A stretch of 64,000 nucleotides of DNA from the NCBI GenBank assembly GCA_019652555.1, contig BPAJ01000001.1, positions 272,762 through 336,761 of the forward strand, written 5' to 3'. The stretch is from Gammaproteobacteria bacterium (GTDB lineage Bacteria; Pseudomonadota; Gammaproteobacteria; Magnimaribacterales; AG-339-G14). A program made the translations under genes and the position numbers. The first letter of the stretch is position 1, and every line of letters starts with the position of its first letter. A model generated the notes under the pieces. The model was not told the DNA's origin. It worked only from the letters and a program-made list of their open reading frames with translations, and made no database searches. Shown piece after piece: positions 9,639-20,172 of the stretch.

Positions 9639-10820
9639 ATGACGCAAAAAATTAAAACCTTCAATGCTATTGCTGAGAAGGGCCTAAATATCCTTCAAGA
9701 AAAAAAATTTGAGGTATCTGATGGTCTTTCTGATCCTGATGCAATTATTTTGAGAAGCCACAAACTCAAAAAGGAAGACTTTGGAAACAATCTAAAAGCC
9801 ATAGCCAGAGCTGGGGCAGGGGTAAATAACATCCCTGTCGAAGAATGTTCTGAGCTTGGAATTCCTGTATTTAACACTCCAGGAGCGAATGCTAATGCAG
9901 TTAAAGAAATAGTGTTAGCAGCACTTTTAATGTCTTCCAGAGGTCTTTTTCAAGGAGCTAATTTTGTAAATTCAATAGAAGAGTCAAATCAAGAAGAATT
10001 AAAACCTTTAATTGAGTCTGGAAAAAAAAGCTTTAAGGGCAGAGAATTAACCGGCGGAACTTTAGGCGTTGTTGGTATGGGGGCTATAGGCTCTAAAGTT
10101 GCTGATATGGGAGTAATGTTAGGTATGAATGTTATTGGCTATGATCCAGCTATAACTGTTGAAGCTGCTTGGAAATTGCCTAATAAAGTTGAACGAAAAG
10201 AGAGTATTGAAGATGTTTTCAAAGAATCTGACTACATCTCTCTCCATGTACCAGCAAATGATAAAACTAAGGGTCTTATAAATTCTGATTTACTCAAAAA
10301 TGCCAAAAAGGGCTTAAGACTTATAAATTTTGCGAGAGATGAGATAGTTGTCTCAAAAGACATCATAGAAAGCTTGGATAAAAACATCCTTAGCAAGTAC
10401 ATCACAGATTTTGCTGATTTAGACTTAATCTCTAGAGCCAAAATAGCTAACGATGTCATTATTTTGCCTCACATTGGAGCGAGCACAAGCCAAGCAGAAG
10501 AAAATTGTTCTGTCATGGCCGCTGAACAGCTCGATGATTTTTTAAATAATGGAAACATTAAAAATTCAGTGAATTTTCCTGAGTTAATTGAACCCAGGCC
10601 TTCAGAATTTAGGATTACTCTTTCAAATAAGAACCATCCAGGAATGATAGGTAAAATTACCACCGTACTTGCCGATAATAAATTGAATATTATAGATATG
10701 GTAAACAAAAGTAGAGGTGATATTGCCTACAACGTAATTGATCTGGAAACCAAACCGCCGGAGAAGGTTTTGGTTGAGTTGTCTGCTCTAGATGATGTTA
10801 TTTCTGTAAGGGAGGTATAA
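9639..10820 (+). CDS. serA: D-3-phosphoglycerate dehydrogenase with C-terminal ACT domain
   Basis: D-isomer-specific 2-hydroxyacid dehydrogenase fold (GVVGMGAIGSKVA NAD site, HIGAST) plus an ACT-like C-terminus (RITLSNKNHPGMIGKITTVL). Confidence 0.85.
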   Translation: MTQKIKTFNAIAEKGLNILQEKKFEVSDGLSDPDAIILRSHKLKKEDFGNNLKAIARAGAGVNNIPVEECSELGIPVFNTPGANANAVKEIVLAALLMSSRGLFQGANFVNSIEESNQEELKPLIESGKKSFKGRELTGGTLGVVGMGAIGSKVADMGVMLGMNVIGYDPAITVEAAWKLPNKVERKESIEDVFKESDYISLHVPANDKTKGLINSDLLKNAKKGLRLINFARDEIVVSKDIIESLDKNILSKYITDFADLDLISRAKIANDVIILPHIGASTSQAEENCSVMAAEQLDDFLNNGNIKNSVNFPELIEPRPSEFRITLSNKNHPGMIGKITTVLADNKLNIIDMVNKSRGDIAYNVIDLETKPPEKVLVELSALDDVISVREV

Positions 10821-10822
10821 AA

Positions 10823-11584
10823 ATGACTAAACCAGTTGCAATTGTTACAGGTGGAAGTAGAGGTGTTGGCGCCGAGGTTTCAAAACTCCTTGCAAGCAAG
10901 GGTTGGAACATAGCAATAACTTGTTCAAGTTCAATAGAAGCAGCAAATGAGGTAAGTAAGGAGTGTGAAACATTAGGAGCAGAGACAATTGTTTTAAAAG
11001 CAGATGTTTCACAGCCCGATTCTTGTGCTCAAACAGTGAAAGAAACCGTAAAAAAATGGGGAAAACTGGATGCTTTGATTAATAATGCCGGCACTACTAA
11101 ATTCAATGCACATGATAATTTAGATGGTCTTTCCAAAGATGATTTTCTTGGATTGTATGCAACAAATACCGTGGGTCCTTATATGATGATTAAAGAAGCA
11201 AGAGAAAGCCTACTTAAGTCAGATAATCCATCAGTTGTGAATGTTGCCTCCATAGCAGGAGTTTTAGGAATAGGTAGTTCCGTAGCATATGCCGCATCTA
11301 AAGGAGCTTTAATAAATATGACCAAGTCTCTTGCCAGAGCTTTAGGGCCAATCAGAATTAACGCAATCTGTCCTGGATTTATTCAAGGAGATTGGTTGAA
11401 AAACGGCTTGGGTGAGGAAACTTATGAGTTTGTAAAAAAATCTACTGAAGACAGTGTTCCATTGAACCTAACTTGTACTGCAGAGCAGGTTGCAGAAACA
11501 ATTTGTTATTTCATAGAATCAGGATCAACAATAACAGGAGAAACTTTATTGCTTGATGGTGGAATGCATTTAGGCAATTATTAA
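10823..11584 (+). CDS. SDR family oxidoreductase (FabG-like)
   Basis: TGGSRGVG, NNAG and YAASKGAL catalytic motif. 253 aa. Confidence 0.8.
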   Translation: MTKPVAIVTGGSRGVGAEVSKLLASKGWNIAITCSSSIEAANEVSKECETLGAETIVLKADVSQPDSCAQTVKETVKKWGKLDALINNAGTTKFNAHDNLDGLSKDDFLGLYATNTVGPYMMIKEARESLLKSDNPSVVNVASIAGVLGIGSSVAYAASKGALINMTKSLARALGPIRINAICPGFIQGDWLKNGLGEETYEFVKKSTEDSVPLNLTCTAEQVAETICYFIESGSTITGETLLLDGGMHLGNY

Positions 11585-11587
11585 GCC

Positions 11588-12679
11588 CTAAAAATATTTT
11601 TCCACATATTCTTTTGTAAAACCTACAATCTCCTCTTCTCGTCCTTCTTTAACCTTCAAAACCCATTCTGGATCAGATAAGAGAGCTCTCCCTACGGCAA
11701 CCATATCGAAGTCTCCTCTTTCGAACATCTCAACTAAAGTTTTAATAGAAGAGGTATTAGCTTTGTCATTGCCGACATAGAGGCCTATAAAATCTGAATC
11801 CAGCCCCACACTTCCCACAGTAATAGTGGGCTTGTTGGTTATTTTTTTAGTCCAGCCTGCAAGATTTAAATCAGACCCCTCAAATTCTGGCTCCCAGTAT
11901 CTTCTTGTACTGGCATGAAAGACATCAACTCCAGAATCAGATATGGGTCCTAAAAAAGTTTCTAAGTCAGTAGGAGAGGGAGCAAGTCTTGCTTCGTAAT
12001 CTTGTTGTTTCCACTGAGAAAATCTCAGCATTATCGGAAAATCATTTCCAACAAGCTTTCTAGCACGTGAAACTATCTCGCAGACAAACTTTGTTCTTAA
12101 ATCTTCTTCTTTGCCGTATTCATCTTTTCTTACGTTAGTATCTCGCCAGAAAAATTGATCGATCATATATCCATGAGCTCCATGAAGCTCTACACCATCA
12201 AAACCTAACATTTTTATAGTTTCTATATCTTTTACATAGTTCTGAATGAGATCTTCAACATCGTTATCTGTCATTTCATAAGCTACTTTTTTATCTTTTC
12301 TGACTAAACCTGAGGGTGTATAACCAGGTACCTCAGGATTTGGGGGTTGACCGGGCTTTCTTATTCCTCCCACATGCCACAATTGACAAAATATCGTGGA
12401 ACCTTCTTCTTGAACCGAGGAAATTAATTTTTTCCAGCCTTCATGAGAATCTTGTCTTAAATTTGGAACATTAGGATAGCCACTCGATGCAGGATGACTT
12501 ACCTCAACACCCTCAGTAATGATCATCCCAACCTCTGCAGCCGCTCTTCGTTTGTAATATTCTAAATTCTGATCCGTTGGAATACCATTCGGAGACATAC
12601 TCCTAGTCATAGGCGCCATAGCGATTCTATTGGGTACTACTAAGTTGTTGATTTTTATTGGTTTAAATAATGCTTCCAT
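11588..12679 (-). CDS. NADH:flavin oxidoreductase, Old Yellow Enzyme family
   Basis: N-terminal PNRIAMAPMTR motif and GFDGVELHGAHGYMIDQF of OYE/NemA-like FMN enzymes. Confidence 0.85.
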   Translation of the reverse strand: MEALFKPIKINNLVVPNRIAMAPMTRSMSPNGIPTDQNLEYYKRRAAAEVGMIITEGVEVSHPASSGYPNVPNLRQDSHEGWKKLISSVQEEGSTIFCQLWHVGGIRKPGQPPNPEVPGYTPSGLVRKDKKVAYEMTDNDVEDLIQNYVKDIETIKMLGFDGVELHGAHGYMIDQFFWRDTNVRKDEYGKEEDLRTKFVCEIVSRARKLVGNDFPIMLRFSQWKQQDYEARLAPSPTDLETFLGPISDSGVDVFHASTRRYWEPEFEGSDLNLAGWTKKITNKPTITVGSVGLDSDFIGLYVGNDKANTSSIKTLVEMFERGDFDMVAVGRALLSDPEWVLKVKEGREEEIVGFTKEYVEKYF

Positions 12680-12953
12680 TTTTACCTCTATTTTTATTCA
12701 AAATTGATAAGACCTTATTGGAATAAGAATTTTTTTTATAGTAACTTTTATATGAGTTACACACAAAAGTTTATTTATTTTTTTTGAATTCAAGTTATGT
12801 CCATCTTTTACTGCATTATCTTGGTGCAATCCCAATAACTTTGTAAGTTATTGATTTTATTGAATAATTTTTAAGTGGTTAAAAATTAACCAATTTAGCT
12901 AAAACACTTCTGTTTAAAGGTTCCAATCAATCTTCCTTATTTTATCCAAAGAG

Positions 12954-12976
12954 TTATCCACAATTTCTGTGGATAA
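12954..12976. promoter_or_regulatory. inverted pair of perfect DnaA boxes (TTATCCACA-N5-TGTGGATAA)
   Basis: Read directly. TTATCCACA lies at 12954-12962 and TGTGGATAA at 12968-12976. One-mismatch boxes lie at 12942-12950 (TTATCCAAA) and 12757-12765 (TTACACACA). All sit in the 328-bp AT-rich spacer between the OYE gene and ung. Confidence 0.5.
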
Positions 12977-13007
12977 AAAAAATTGAATATTTGATAATAT
13001 TTCTCTT

Positions 13008-13676
13008 ATGGTGAAGTCATTAGAATCTTGGAAAGAAGTTGCTGCTGAATATGGCTTAAAAGAAATTTTGAAACCCATAAGAAAAAAAATATCTGAAGTT
13101 TCTTCAAAAAAAAAGAAAATTCATCCAAGTAGTAAGGATATTTTTAGAGCGTTTGAATTAACATCTTTTAAAAACGTAAAAATTATAATTCTTGGGCAAG
13201 ATCCCTATCACGGCCCAAATCAAGCAAACGGCTTAGCATTTTCAGTTAATTCAGAGGTTAGATTTCCTCCATCTTTATTGAATATTTTTAAAGAATACTC
13301 CACAGATCTAAATTTACCTATTCCAAGAGACGGAAATTTATCAGCTTGGGCAGAACGAGGGGTTCTATTACTAAATTCTATCTTAACTGTAGAATCCGGA
13401 TCTCCAGGATCGCATAAGAATTTTGGATGGGAAGAATTTACCAATCAGATTATCAAAGCTTTAAGTGATAAAAAATCAAATCTAGTTTTTATCTTGTGGG
13501 GGGCATATGCTCAATCAAAGAAAATTCTTATTGATCCTTCAAAGCACTTAATAATTGCAACTCCTCATCCATCACCATTGTCTGCTCATAGAGGATTTTT
13601 TGGATCAAAACCTTTTTCAAAATCTAATGATTATCTAAGGAAAAACAAAAACGAAGAGATAGATTGGAGAATATAA
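13008..13676 (+). CDS. ung: uracil-DNA glycosylase
   Basis: GQDPYHGPNQANGLAFSV and HPSPLSA motifs. Confidence 0.95.
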   Translation: MVKSLESWKEVAAEYGLKEILKPIRKKISEVSSKKKKIHPSSKDIFRAFELTSFKNVKIIILGQDPYHGPNQANGLAFSVNSEVRFPPSLLNIFKEYSTDLNLPIPRDGNLSAWAERGVLLLNSILTVESGSPGSHKNFGWEEFTNQIIKALSDKKSNLVFILWGAYAQSKKILIDPSKHLIIATPHPSPLSAHRGFFGSKPFSKSNDYLRKNKNEEIDWRI

Positions 13677-13679
13677 GGA

Positions 13680-14351
13680 TTACAGAATGTTTAAAATTTG
13701 TCCGTCTAGATAAACAGACTCAGTTTGATCATCTTTGTTTTTAAAAAAAATAAAGCCGTATTTACCTTCTCTAGATAAAATTTCTCCAACTTTCTTTCCC
13801 TCTTTGTTATGAAGCGAAGATTCCTTGACCTCATCTTTTAAATTATCTGCAATTTTGAGAGCAAATTTCAATTTCCCTCTATATTCCATTCTTGCAATTA
13901 CCTCTTGACCGTTAAAGCAACCCTTTGAAAAATCAATCAGTTTGTTATTTTGATAATTAAGTTCATGGGGGGTAAATTTTGAGGAAGTCTGTTTGTTAAC
14001 TTCCACTATTCCTTTATTAATTAGAAATTTCATCCATTCTGTTGAATCTAGATCTTTTTTAAAGTCATCTTGTACATCATTTTTTAATTCTGCATCAAAG
14101 AAAGGGATATATTTGTTCATATGTTCTTCAAAAGAGGCGATTAACTCTTCAAGGATGGCTATCTTAAATCCATTTTCTATCTTTTTAATCCAAAAAGTTG
14201 CCATGACTCTGCCTTTGTTGTTGCAAATGCAGGCAGGTTTAAAATCTTCATTAGAAATCTTTTCTGTATCTATCGTAATTTGTCCTTGTAGGAATTCAGC
14301 AGCTTGAGATCCCTGAACAGTGAGAGAAGTATGTTTTTCTGAAAAATTCAT
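13680..14351 (-). CDS. ygfZ: YgfZ-like folate-binding protein (short form)
   Basis: KGCFNGQEVIARMEYRGKLK matches the K-G-C-Y/F-x-G-Q-E signature of YgfZ/GcvT-like proteins. It is divergent from sdhE, as ygfZ/ygfY are in E. coli. Confidence 0.65.
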   Translation of the reverse strand: MNFSEKHTSLTVQGSQAAEFLQGQITIDTEKISNEDFKPACICNNKGRVMATFWIKKIENGFKIAILEELIASFEEHMNKYIPFFDAELKNDVQDDFKKDLDSTEWMKFLINKGIVEVNKQTSSKFTPHELNYQNNKLIDFSKGCFNGQEVIARMEYRGKLKFALKIADNLKDEVKESSLHNKEGKKVGEILSREGKYGFIFFKNKDDQTESVYLDGQILNIL

Positions 14352-14387
14352 GCTTTTTTATATTTTCCTGATTATATAATTCTTTCT

Positions 14388-14636
14388 GTGAGTGACCTAT
14401 TAAATAAAGCTAAATTTAAGGCAAGAAGAGGCTTGAATGAACTAGATAAAATCTTTGTACCTTTTGTAAATAAAAGGTTTTTATCTTTGAGTAATACTCA
14501 AGTTGATCAACTTTTTGAGCTATTTGAAATTGACGATGTTTCCCTAGCAGATATGATCATTTACAAAAAAATGGATTATCCAATTGAACTCAAAGAAATA
14601 TTTGAAGAAATTTTTGAATTTTATAGTGAAATTTAG
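14388..14636 (+). CDS. sdhE: FAD assembly factor SdhE (YgfY)
   Basis: 82 aa. The RRGLNELD motif corresponds to the conserved RGxxE of SdhE. GTG start. Confidence 0.75.
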   Translation: MSDLLNKAKFKARRGLNELDKIFVPFVNKRFLSLSNTQVDQLFELFEIDDVSLADMIIYKKMDYPIELKEIFEEIFEFYSEI

Positions 14637-14677
14637 CTGAACTTGTGGACAATACGCATGTCTATAAGGATTAGGAC

Positions 14678-15253
14678 ATGGAAAACGATATAAACATTAT
14701 TAGTCTTGTTAAAAAAGGGGATGTAAGAGCCTTCGATATCCTTGTGGTCAAATACCAAGATAGACTTGTTTATTCTGTTTTTAAGTTTTGTAAGGACTTT
14801 GAATTATCTCAAGATATTGCCCAAGAAGCTTTTGTTAAAGCTTTCAGAAATATTGATAAATTTAGAGGAGAAAGTTCGTTCTATACCTGGATTTACAGAA
14901 TTGCTATCAATACAGCAAAAAATTATTTTTCCAATAAATCCAGAGGAGCTGAAACTTACAATGAAGACGTTCTTGATGGCGCTTTATCTGATTTGTCTTT
15001 AAATTCTGATAATCCCGAAACTCTCTTAGCAGCCGAAGAAATGAAAGATGCTGTTAATCAGGCCTTTCAAAATTTACCTGACGAAATAAGATCAACCTTA
15101 TCTCTCAGAGAGTACGATGGATTGAGTTATGAAGAAATAGCTAAAGTCCAAAACTGTCCTATTGGCACGGTGAGATCTAGAATCTTTAAAGGAAGAGAGC
15201 TTATTAATGAAACTTTTTCTAAATTAGGACTGTCTAAAACCTGGAGTAATTAA
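14678..15253 (+). CDS. rpoE: ECF sigma factor sigma-E (RpoE/AlgU)
   Basis: Sigma-70 regions 2 and 4 (FYTWIYRIAINTAKN; LSYEEIAKVQNCPIGTVRSRIFKGRE). Followed by an anti-sigma gene and a DegP-type protease. Confidence 0.9.
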   Translation: MENDINIISLVKKGDVRAFDILVVKYQDRLVYSVFKFCKDFELSQDIAQEAFVKAFRNIDKFRGESSFYTWIYRIAINTAKNYFSNKSRGAETYNEDVLDGALSDLSLNSDNPETLLAAEEMKDAVNQAFQNLPDEIRSTLSLREYDGLSYEEIAKVQNCPIGTVRSRIFKGRELINETFSKLGLSKTWSN

Positions 15254-15254
15254 T

Positions 15255-15944
15255 ATGGAATCAAGTGTAGATCAAAGATTGTCTTTACTTTTGGATGGCG
15301 AAGCCTCCGAATTCGAAACTCGCAGGCTTGTTGAAGATATTTCTAAAAATCCTCATATTAAGAAGCGCTGGCTTGAGATGAATAAACAAAAATCAGCGCT
15401 TCGAAGAGAACTTTTAATGCCAAATCTCGACCTTTCTTCCAAAATCCAAAACGAACTCCAAAAATCCAAAAAACCAAATAACCAAAAACATCACGAAAAC
15501 CATTTTAGCTGGGGAAAAATTCCCTATATGAGGACCTGTTCTTATCTTTTTGGCCTCTGTTTTACTCTCACCTTTATATTTTTCGAATTCTCCTCCCAAC
15601 CCAATCAATCTTTCCTCCAAGTCTCAGCTCCAAAAACTCTAGTTTCTACAATAAACCCAGTTATCCTTGATGATTACGGTAGAAACTTTGATGGAAACCT
15701 TCGCAGTTATAAATTCATCTCCAATAATCAAGTAGAGGCTAATTACGGAATCAAAGGTTCAAATGCGAATCTAAAACTAAAATTTTTCCTCAAAGATGGC
15801 TCTAACAGTGTGAAACTGTCTTCTATTTCCAACGGCGTTACTATAAATACAAGGAAAGGCGACACACCAATGATTATAAATCTATCAAGTGATAAATTAT
15901 CCAACCAAAAATTGATAAGTATTTCTAATTTGATTTTAGAATAA
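15255..15944 (+). CDS. anti-sigma-E factor, RseA/MucA-like
   Basis: N-terminal LSLLLDGEASEFE... resembles the RseA N-domain (LSALMDGE). One central TM segment. Starts 1 nt after rpoE. The C-terminal domain is not recognisable to me. Confidence 0.55.
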   Translation: MESSVDQRLSLLLDGEASEFETRRLVEDISKNPHIKKRWLEMNKQKSALRRELLMPNLDLSSKIQNELQKSKKPNNQKHHENHFSWGKIPYMRTCSYLFGLCFTLTFIFFEFSSQPNQSFLQVSAPKTLVSTINPVILDDYGRNFDGNLRSYKFISNNQVEANYGIKGSNANLKLKFFLKDGSNSVKLSSISNGVTINTRKGDTPMIINLSSDKLSNQKLISISNLILE

Positions 15945-15957
15945 AAAAAATCTTACT

Positions 15958-17373
15958 ATGCAAAAAAAATTATTTGTATTTTTTACTCTTTTCCTCATTT
16001 CCAGCTCAGGATGGGGCCAGTTGAACCAAAACGTATCAGACCTTCCAAATTTTGCCTCTTTAGCTGAGAAAGTAACGCCTGCTGTTGTAAATGTAAGCGT
16101 CACAAAAGTTATTAAATCTCCAGCACAAAATGAAATGAGAAGAGGGCCATTTAACGATCCTTTTTTTGACGACTTTTTCGGGTCTCCCTACAACCCTCCA
16201 AACCGTGACAGAAAAGTAGCATCAGGAGGCTCAGGATTTATTATTTCGGCGGATGGTTACATATTAACAAATCACCATGTAATTGAAGATGCCTCCGAAG
16301 TTGTAATCAGTCTTCAAGATAGAAGAGAATTTTCTGCAGAGATAATTGGCAGTGATAAAAAGTCAGACGTTGCTCTTTTGAAGGTTAAAACCAAGGAAAA
16401 TCTTCCTTTTTTAAATTTAGGAGATTCCGAAAAAGTTCGAGTTGGTGACTGGGTAATGGCAATCGGATCTCCTTATAGGCTGAATGCAACAGTTACAGCA
16501 GGAATAGTGAGCGCAAAAGCTAGAAGCGTTCCAGGACAAAGCACTTCATATATACCCTTTATTCAGTCAGATGTAGCTATAAATCCAGGAAACTCAGGGG
16601 GTCCATTATTCAATCTTAATGGAGAAGTCATTGGTATTAACGCAATGATTTACTCAAATCGTGGCGGGTATATGGGTATTTCTTTCACCATTCCTATTAA
16701 CTACGCAGATGAAATAGTTACACAAATTAAAGAAAATGGGTTTGTCTCTAGAGGCTGGTTGGGTGTAGCAGTTCAGGAAGTAACTAAAGATTTAGCAGAT
16801 TCGTTTGGCTTGGATGTGCCTCGTGGGGCACTAATTGGCAGTGTTCTAAAAGATTCTCCAGCAGAAAAAGCAGGTCTAAAAAATGGTGATGTAATTATAG
16901 ATTTTGATGGGCAACAAATAATTTATTCAGGCGATCTTCCTTTGATAGTAGGAAGAATCCCTCCTGAAAAAAAAGTAAATGCAACAATATTCAGAGATGG
17001 AAAGAAAGAAACGGTTTCTGTGACAACTGGTAAATTAGATGAAAAAGTTGCGCAAGATACAACCGTTGATAAAAAAGAAGAGACCGGAAATATTTTGGGC
17101 ATTGCCGTTAAAGATATCGCTTCCTTGACGGATCCAGAACAAAAACAATTGGGCCAAGATAAAGGAGTAGTGGTATCAAGCGTTTTTCCTGGACCGGCGT
17201 CTGAAGCTGGAATCAGAAGAGGAGACATAATCGATAAAATACAGTTTAAGGATGTAAGTAATATCAAAGATTATGAAAAAATTTCTAAAACTCTAAAAAA
17301 AGGCTCTACCATTGCTTTAAGAATTATCAGAGATAAAAACGGTTCTTTTCTCACCCTTAAAATTCCAAAATAG
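15958..17373 (+). CDS. periplasmic serine endoprotease DegP/MucD family (two PDZ domains)
   Basis: Signal peptide. Catalytic His (TNHHVI), Asp (SDVALLKV) and GNSGGPL serine. Two PDZ-like segments. Confidence 0.9.
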   Translation: MQKKLFVFFTLFLISSSGWGQLNQNVSDLPNFASLAEKVTPAVVNVSVTKVIKSPAQNEMRRGPFNDPFFDDFFGSPYNPPNRDRKVASGGSGFIISADGYILTNHHVIEDASEVVISLQDRREFSAEIIGSDKKSDVALLKVKTKENLPFLNLGDSEKVRVGDWVMAIGSPYRLNATVTAGIVSAKARSVPGQSTSYIPFIQSDVAINPGNSGGPLFNLNGEVIGINAMIYSNRGGYMGISFTIPINYADEIVTQIKENGFVSRGWLGVAVQEVTKDLADSFGLDVPRGALIGSVLKDSPAEKAGLKNGDVIIDFDGQQIIYSGDLPLIVGRIPPEKKVNATIFRDGKKETVSVTTGKLDEKVAQDTTVDKKEETGNILGIAVKDIASLTDPEQKQLGQDKGVVVSSVFPGPASEAGIRRGDIIDKIQFKDVSNIKDYEKISKTLKKGSTIALRIIRDKNGSFLTLKIPK

Positions 17374-17387
17374 GACATAATGCCCGC

Positions 17388-19187
17388 ATGTCGAGCCATG
17401 CTTCTATAAATCAGATAAGAAATTTTTGCATCATTGCACATATTGATCATGGAAAATCCACGCTTGCAGATCGTCTCATCGAAATATGTGGAGGCTTGAG
17501 CGAACGGGAAATGCAAAATCAAGTGTTGGACTCTCTTGATTTAGAAAGAGAAAGAGGCATTACCATCAAAGCTCAGTCGGTATATCTAGAATATGAGTTG
17601 GATGAAGAAAAATATCAGATCAACTTAATAGATACCCCTGGACACGTGGACTTTGCCTATGAAGTATCAAGGTCTTTAGCTGCTTGCGATGGTGCTATTT
17701 TACTAGTCGATGCTTCTCAAGGAGTTGAAGCGCAAACTCTATCTACTTGTTATAACGCTATCGATCAAGGACTTTCGATATTTCCCGTATTAAATAAAAT
17801 TGACCTAAAACAATCAGATCCAGAAAGAGTCAAACAAGAGATTGAAGAAATAATCGGTATAGAAGCTAGTGAAGCACCAGCCATAAGTGCAAAAGATGGA
17901 TTGGGCGTTAAAGATTTGTTGGAAAAAATAATTAGAGAAATACCTGCTCCAGAAGGCTCCATTTCAGAACCATTACAAGCTTTGATAATTGACTCTTGGT
18001 TTGATCAATACCTTGGAATTGTCTCTTTAGTGAGAGTAGTAAATGGCGAAATAAATCTTGGTGATAAAATTAAATTTTCCTCAAATAATAACGTTCACTT
18101 AGTTGAAAAATTAGGAGTCTTTACTCCCAAAAGATTAGAAAAAACTAAACTAGTTGCCGGAGAAGTTGGTTTTATCTGTGCCGGAGTTAGAAGTATTAAA
18201 GGCGCTCCTGTGGGAGATACCATAGTTCTGCCTGATAAAAGTAACTCTTTACCAGGATTCAAGCCAATAAAACCTCAAGTTTTTGCTGCTCTTTATCCTT
18301 TAGATTCTGGTGAATTTGAATCATTTAGAGAATCCTTAGAAAAACTAGCGTTAAACGATGCTGCTTTGCAATTTGAACCGGAGCAATCTCAGGCTTTAGG
18401 CTCTGGTTTTAGATGCGGTTTTTTGGGAACTTTGCATATGGAAATTATTATTGAAAGACTTCAAAGAGAGCATGGAATAGAGCTTTTAGCTACAGCACCT
18501 ACTGTCGTGTACGAAATTCTATTGAAAAACAATGATGTGATTGAAATTGAAAATCCAAGTAAATATCCTGATCCAAGTTCAATAGAGGAAGTCAGGGAGC
18601 CAATAGCTCTTGCAACTATTCTTGTTCCTGAAGATTACGTTGGAAATGTCATCTCTCTTTGCGTGGAAAGGAGAGGAAGTCAAAAGTCTCTCAGATATGT
18701 GGGTGGACAAATAGAACTAGTTTACGAAATGCCCATGAATGAAATCGTTCTCGATTTCTTTGATAAATTGAAATCAACCAGCAAAGGGTATGCATCTCTA
18801 GATTATGATTTTGTGAGATTTGACCAAAGTGATATTACTCGAATTGATATCTTGCTCAATGGCGAAAAGGTTGATGCTCTTAACTTTATGGTGCATCGCT
18901 CAAAAGCTGACTATAAAGGAAGAGAACTGACAAAAGCTCTTAGAGAGGTTATTCCCAGACAGATGTATGATGTTGCAATTCAAGCTGCAATTGGAAATAA
19001 AATTATTTCTCGTGAGACAGTCAAAGCCTACCGCAAAGATGTAACAGCTAAACTTTATGGCGGAGATGTAACGCGAAAGAAAAAACTTTTAGAAAAACAG
19101 AAAGCCGGTAAGAAAAAGATGCGGCAGATTGGAAAAATCGATGTTCCGCAAGAAGCATTTTTATCGGTTTTAAAAGTAAGCAAATAA
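17388..19187 (+). CDS. lepA: elongation factor 4
   Basis: [28 protein letters not shown] and a LepA-specific C-terminus. Confidence 0.95.
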   Translation: MSSHASINQIRNFCIIAHIDHGKSTLADRLIEICGGLSEREMQNQVLDSLDLERERGITIKAQSVYLEYELDEEKYQINLIDTPGHVDFAYEVSRSLAACDGAILLVDASQGVEAQTLSTCYNAIDQGLSIFPVLNKIDLKQSDPERVKQEIEEIIGIEASEAPAISAKDGLGVKDLLEKIIREIPAPEGSISEPLQALIIDSWFDQYLGIVSLVRVVNGEINLGDKIKFSSNNNVHLVEKLGVFTPKRLEKTKLVAGEVGFICAGVRSIKGAPVGDTIVLPDKSNSLPGFKPIKPQVFAALYPLDSGEFESFRESLEKLALNDAALQFEPEQSQALGSGFRCGFLGTLHMEIIIERLQREHGIELLATAPTVVYEILLKNNDVIEIENPSKYPDPSSIEEVREPIALATILVPEDYVGNVISLCVERRGSQKSLRYVGGQIELVYEMPMNEIVLDFFDKLKSTSKGYASLDYDFVRFDQSDITRIDILLNGEKVDALNFMVHRSKADYKGRELTKALREVIPRQMYDVAIQAAIGNKIISRETVKAYRKDVTAKLYGGDVTRKKKLLEKQKAGKKKMRQIGKIDVPQEAFLSVLKVSK

Positions 19188-19189
19188 TT

Positions 19190-20170
19190 ATGTATGAATC
19201 AATTTTAATTATTTCAGTAATCATAATTTCTATCTTGTTTGCAGCCTGGGTTTACTCAGAGAAAAAATTAGAAGGTAAATTTTCCAAGACCATCAGTACT
19301 GTCTCTTTCCCTTTTCCTCTTTTAGCTTTGTATGCGGTTTTCAAACTTAATATCAGTTTTGGTTATATTTTAGTTGGTTTAACTTTAGTTTCACTTGTAA
19401 TTTGGATCATCTCTCGACGAACCGATTTAGTGAATTTGCAAAAAGAGGCAAGATCTTTTTTCTTAATCCTACTTGGCATAACTATTTTTAGATCATTTAT
19501 TTATGAACCTTTCCAAATTCCTACAGAGTCTATGATTCCTCAGATACAAGTTGGAGATTTTTTGGTGGTTGATAAATTCTCTTATGGCTTAAAAAATCCT
19601 GTAGGAAAATCAACTTGGTTTGAAACCAGAGAGCCAAAAAAAGGCGAGATGGTTGCATTCATTCCTGAGCATACTATTTGCAGCTCACCAATTGAAAGTG
19701 CATATCCTGAAAAAAATTTCGATAGCTCTCAGGAGTATCTCTGGCAACGTTACAGCGAAGCTTGTACTCCCTTGGGCCTTACTTTTGTAAAAAGATTGAT
19801 AGCCAAAGAAGGAGATGAAGTTATTTATCGAAACAAAGAATTGATAGTGAATGGTGAAAAATTAAAAAGAGAGTTTTTATCTTCAGATAATGATGAAGTT
19901 TATTTAAAAGAGTTCTACCAAGATAAGTCTTACACGATAAGACTATTAGAAAACTATAGGAATCAACTTACATACGGAGCTGAACGTAAATGGGTAGTAC
20001 CAAAAGATTATTATTTTGTAATGGGCGACAACAGAGATAACAGCGCCGATAGCAGAAGTTGGGGCTTTGTGCCAAAGCAAAATGTGGTTGGCAAACCAGC
20101 TTTTATATGGATGCATTGGGAGTGCCTAACCTGTCTTCCATCTTTTTCAAGGAATAAATTTTTGAATTAA
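19190..20170 (+). CDS. lepB: signal peptidase I
   Basis: TM segments, SM catalytic Ser region (PTESMIP) and GDNRDNSADSR box. Confidence 0.9.
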   Translation: MYESILIISVIIISILFAAWVYSEKKLEGKFSKTISTVSFPFPLLALYAVFKLNISFGYILVGLTLVSLVIWIISRRTDLVNLQKEARSFFLILLGITIFRSFIYEPFQIPTESMIPQIQVGDFLVVDKFSYGLKNPVGKSTWFETREPKKGEMVAFIPEHTICSSPIESAYPEKNFDSSQEYLWQRYSEACTPLGLTFVKRLIAKEGDEVIYRNKELIVNGEKLKREFLSSDNDEVYLKEFYQDKSYTIRLLENYRNQLTYGAERKWVVPKDYYFVMGDNRDNSADSRSWGFVPKQNVVGKPAFIWMHWECLTCLPSFSRNKFLN

Positions 20171-20172
20171 GA

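Noticed and set aside
14638-14665. Sigma-E-type promoter TGAACTT-N16-TCTAT upstream of rpoE (resembles E. coli rpoE P2 GAACTT/TCTAA)
   Set aside because: The -10 element is only 12 nt from the ATG. A transcript from it would lack the AAGGA SD at 14666-14670. Possibly real (leaderless-like), but not supportable from sequence alone.
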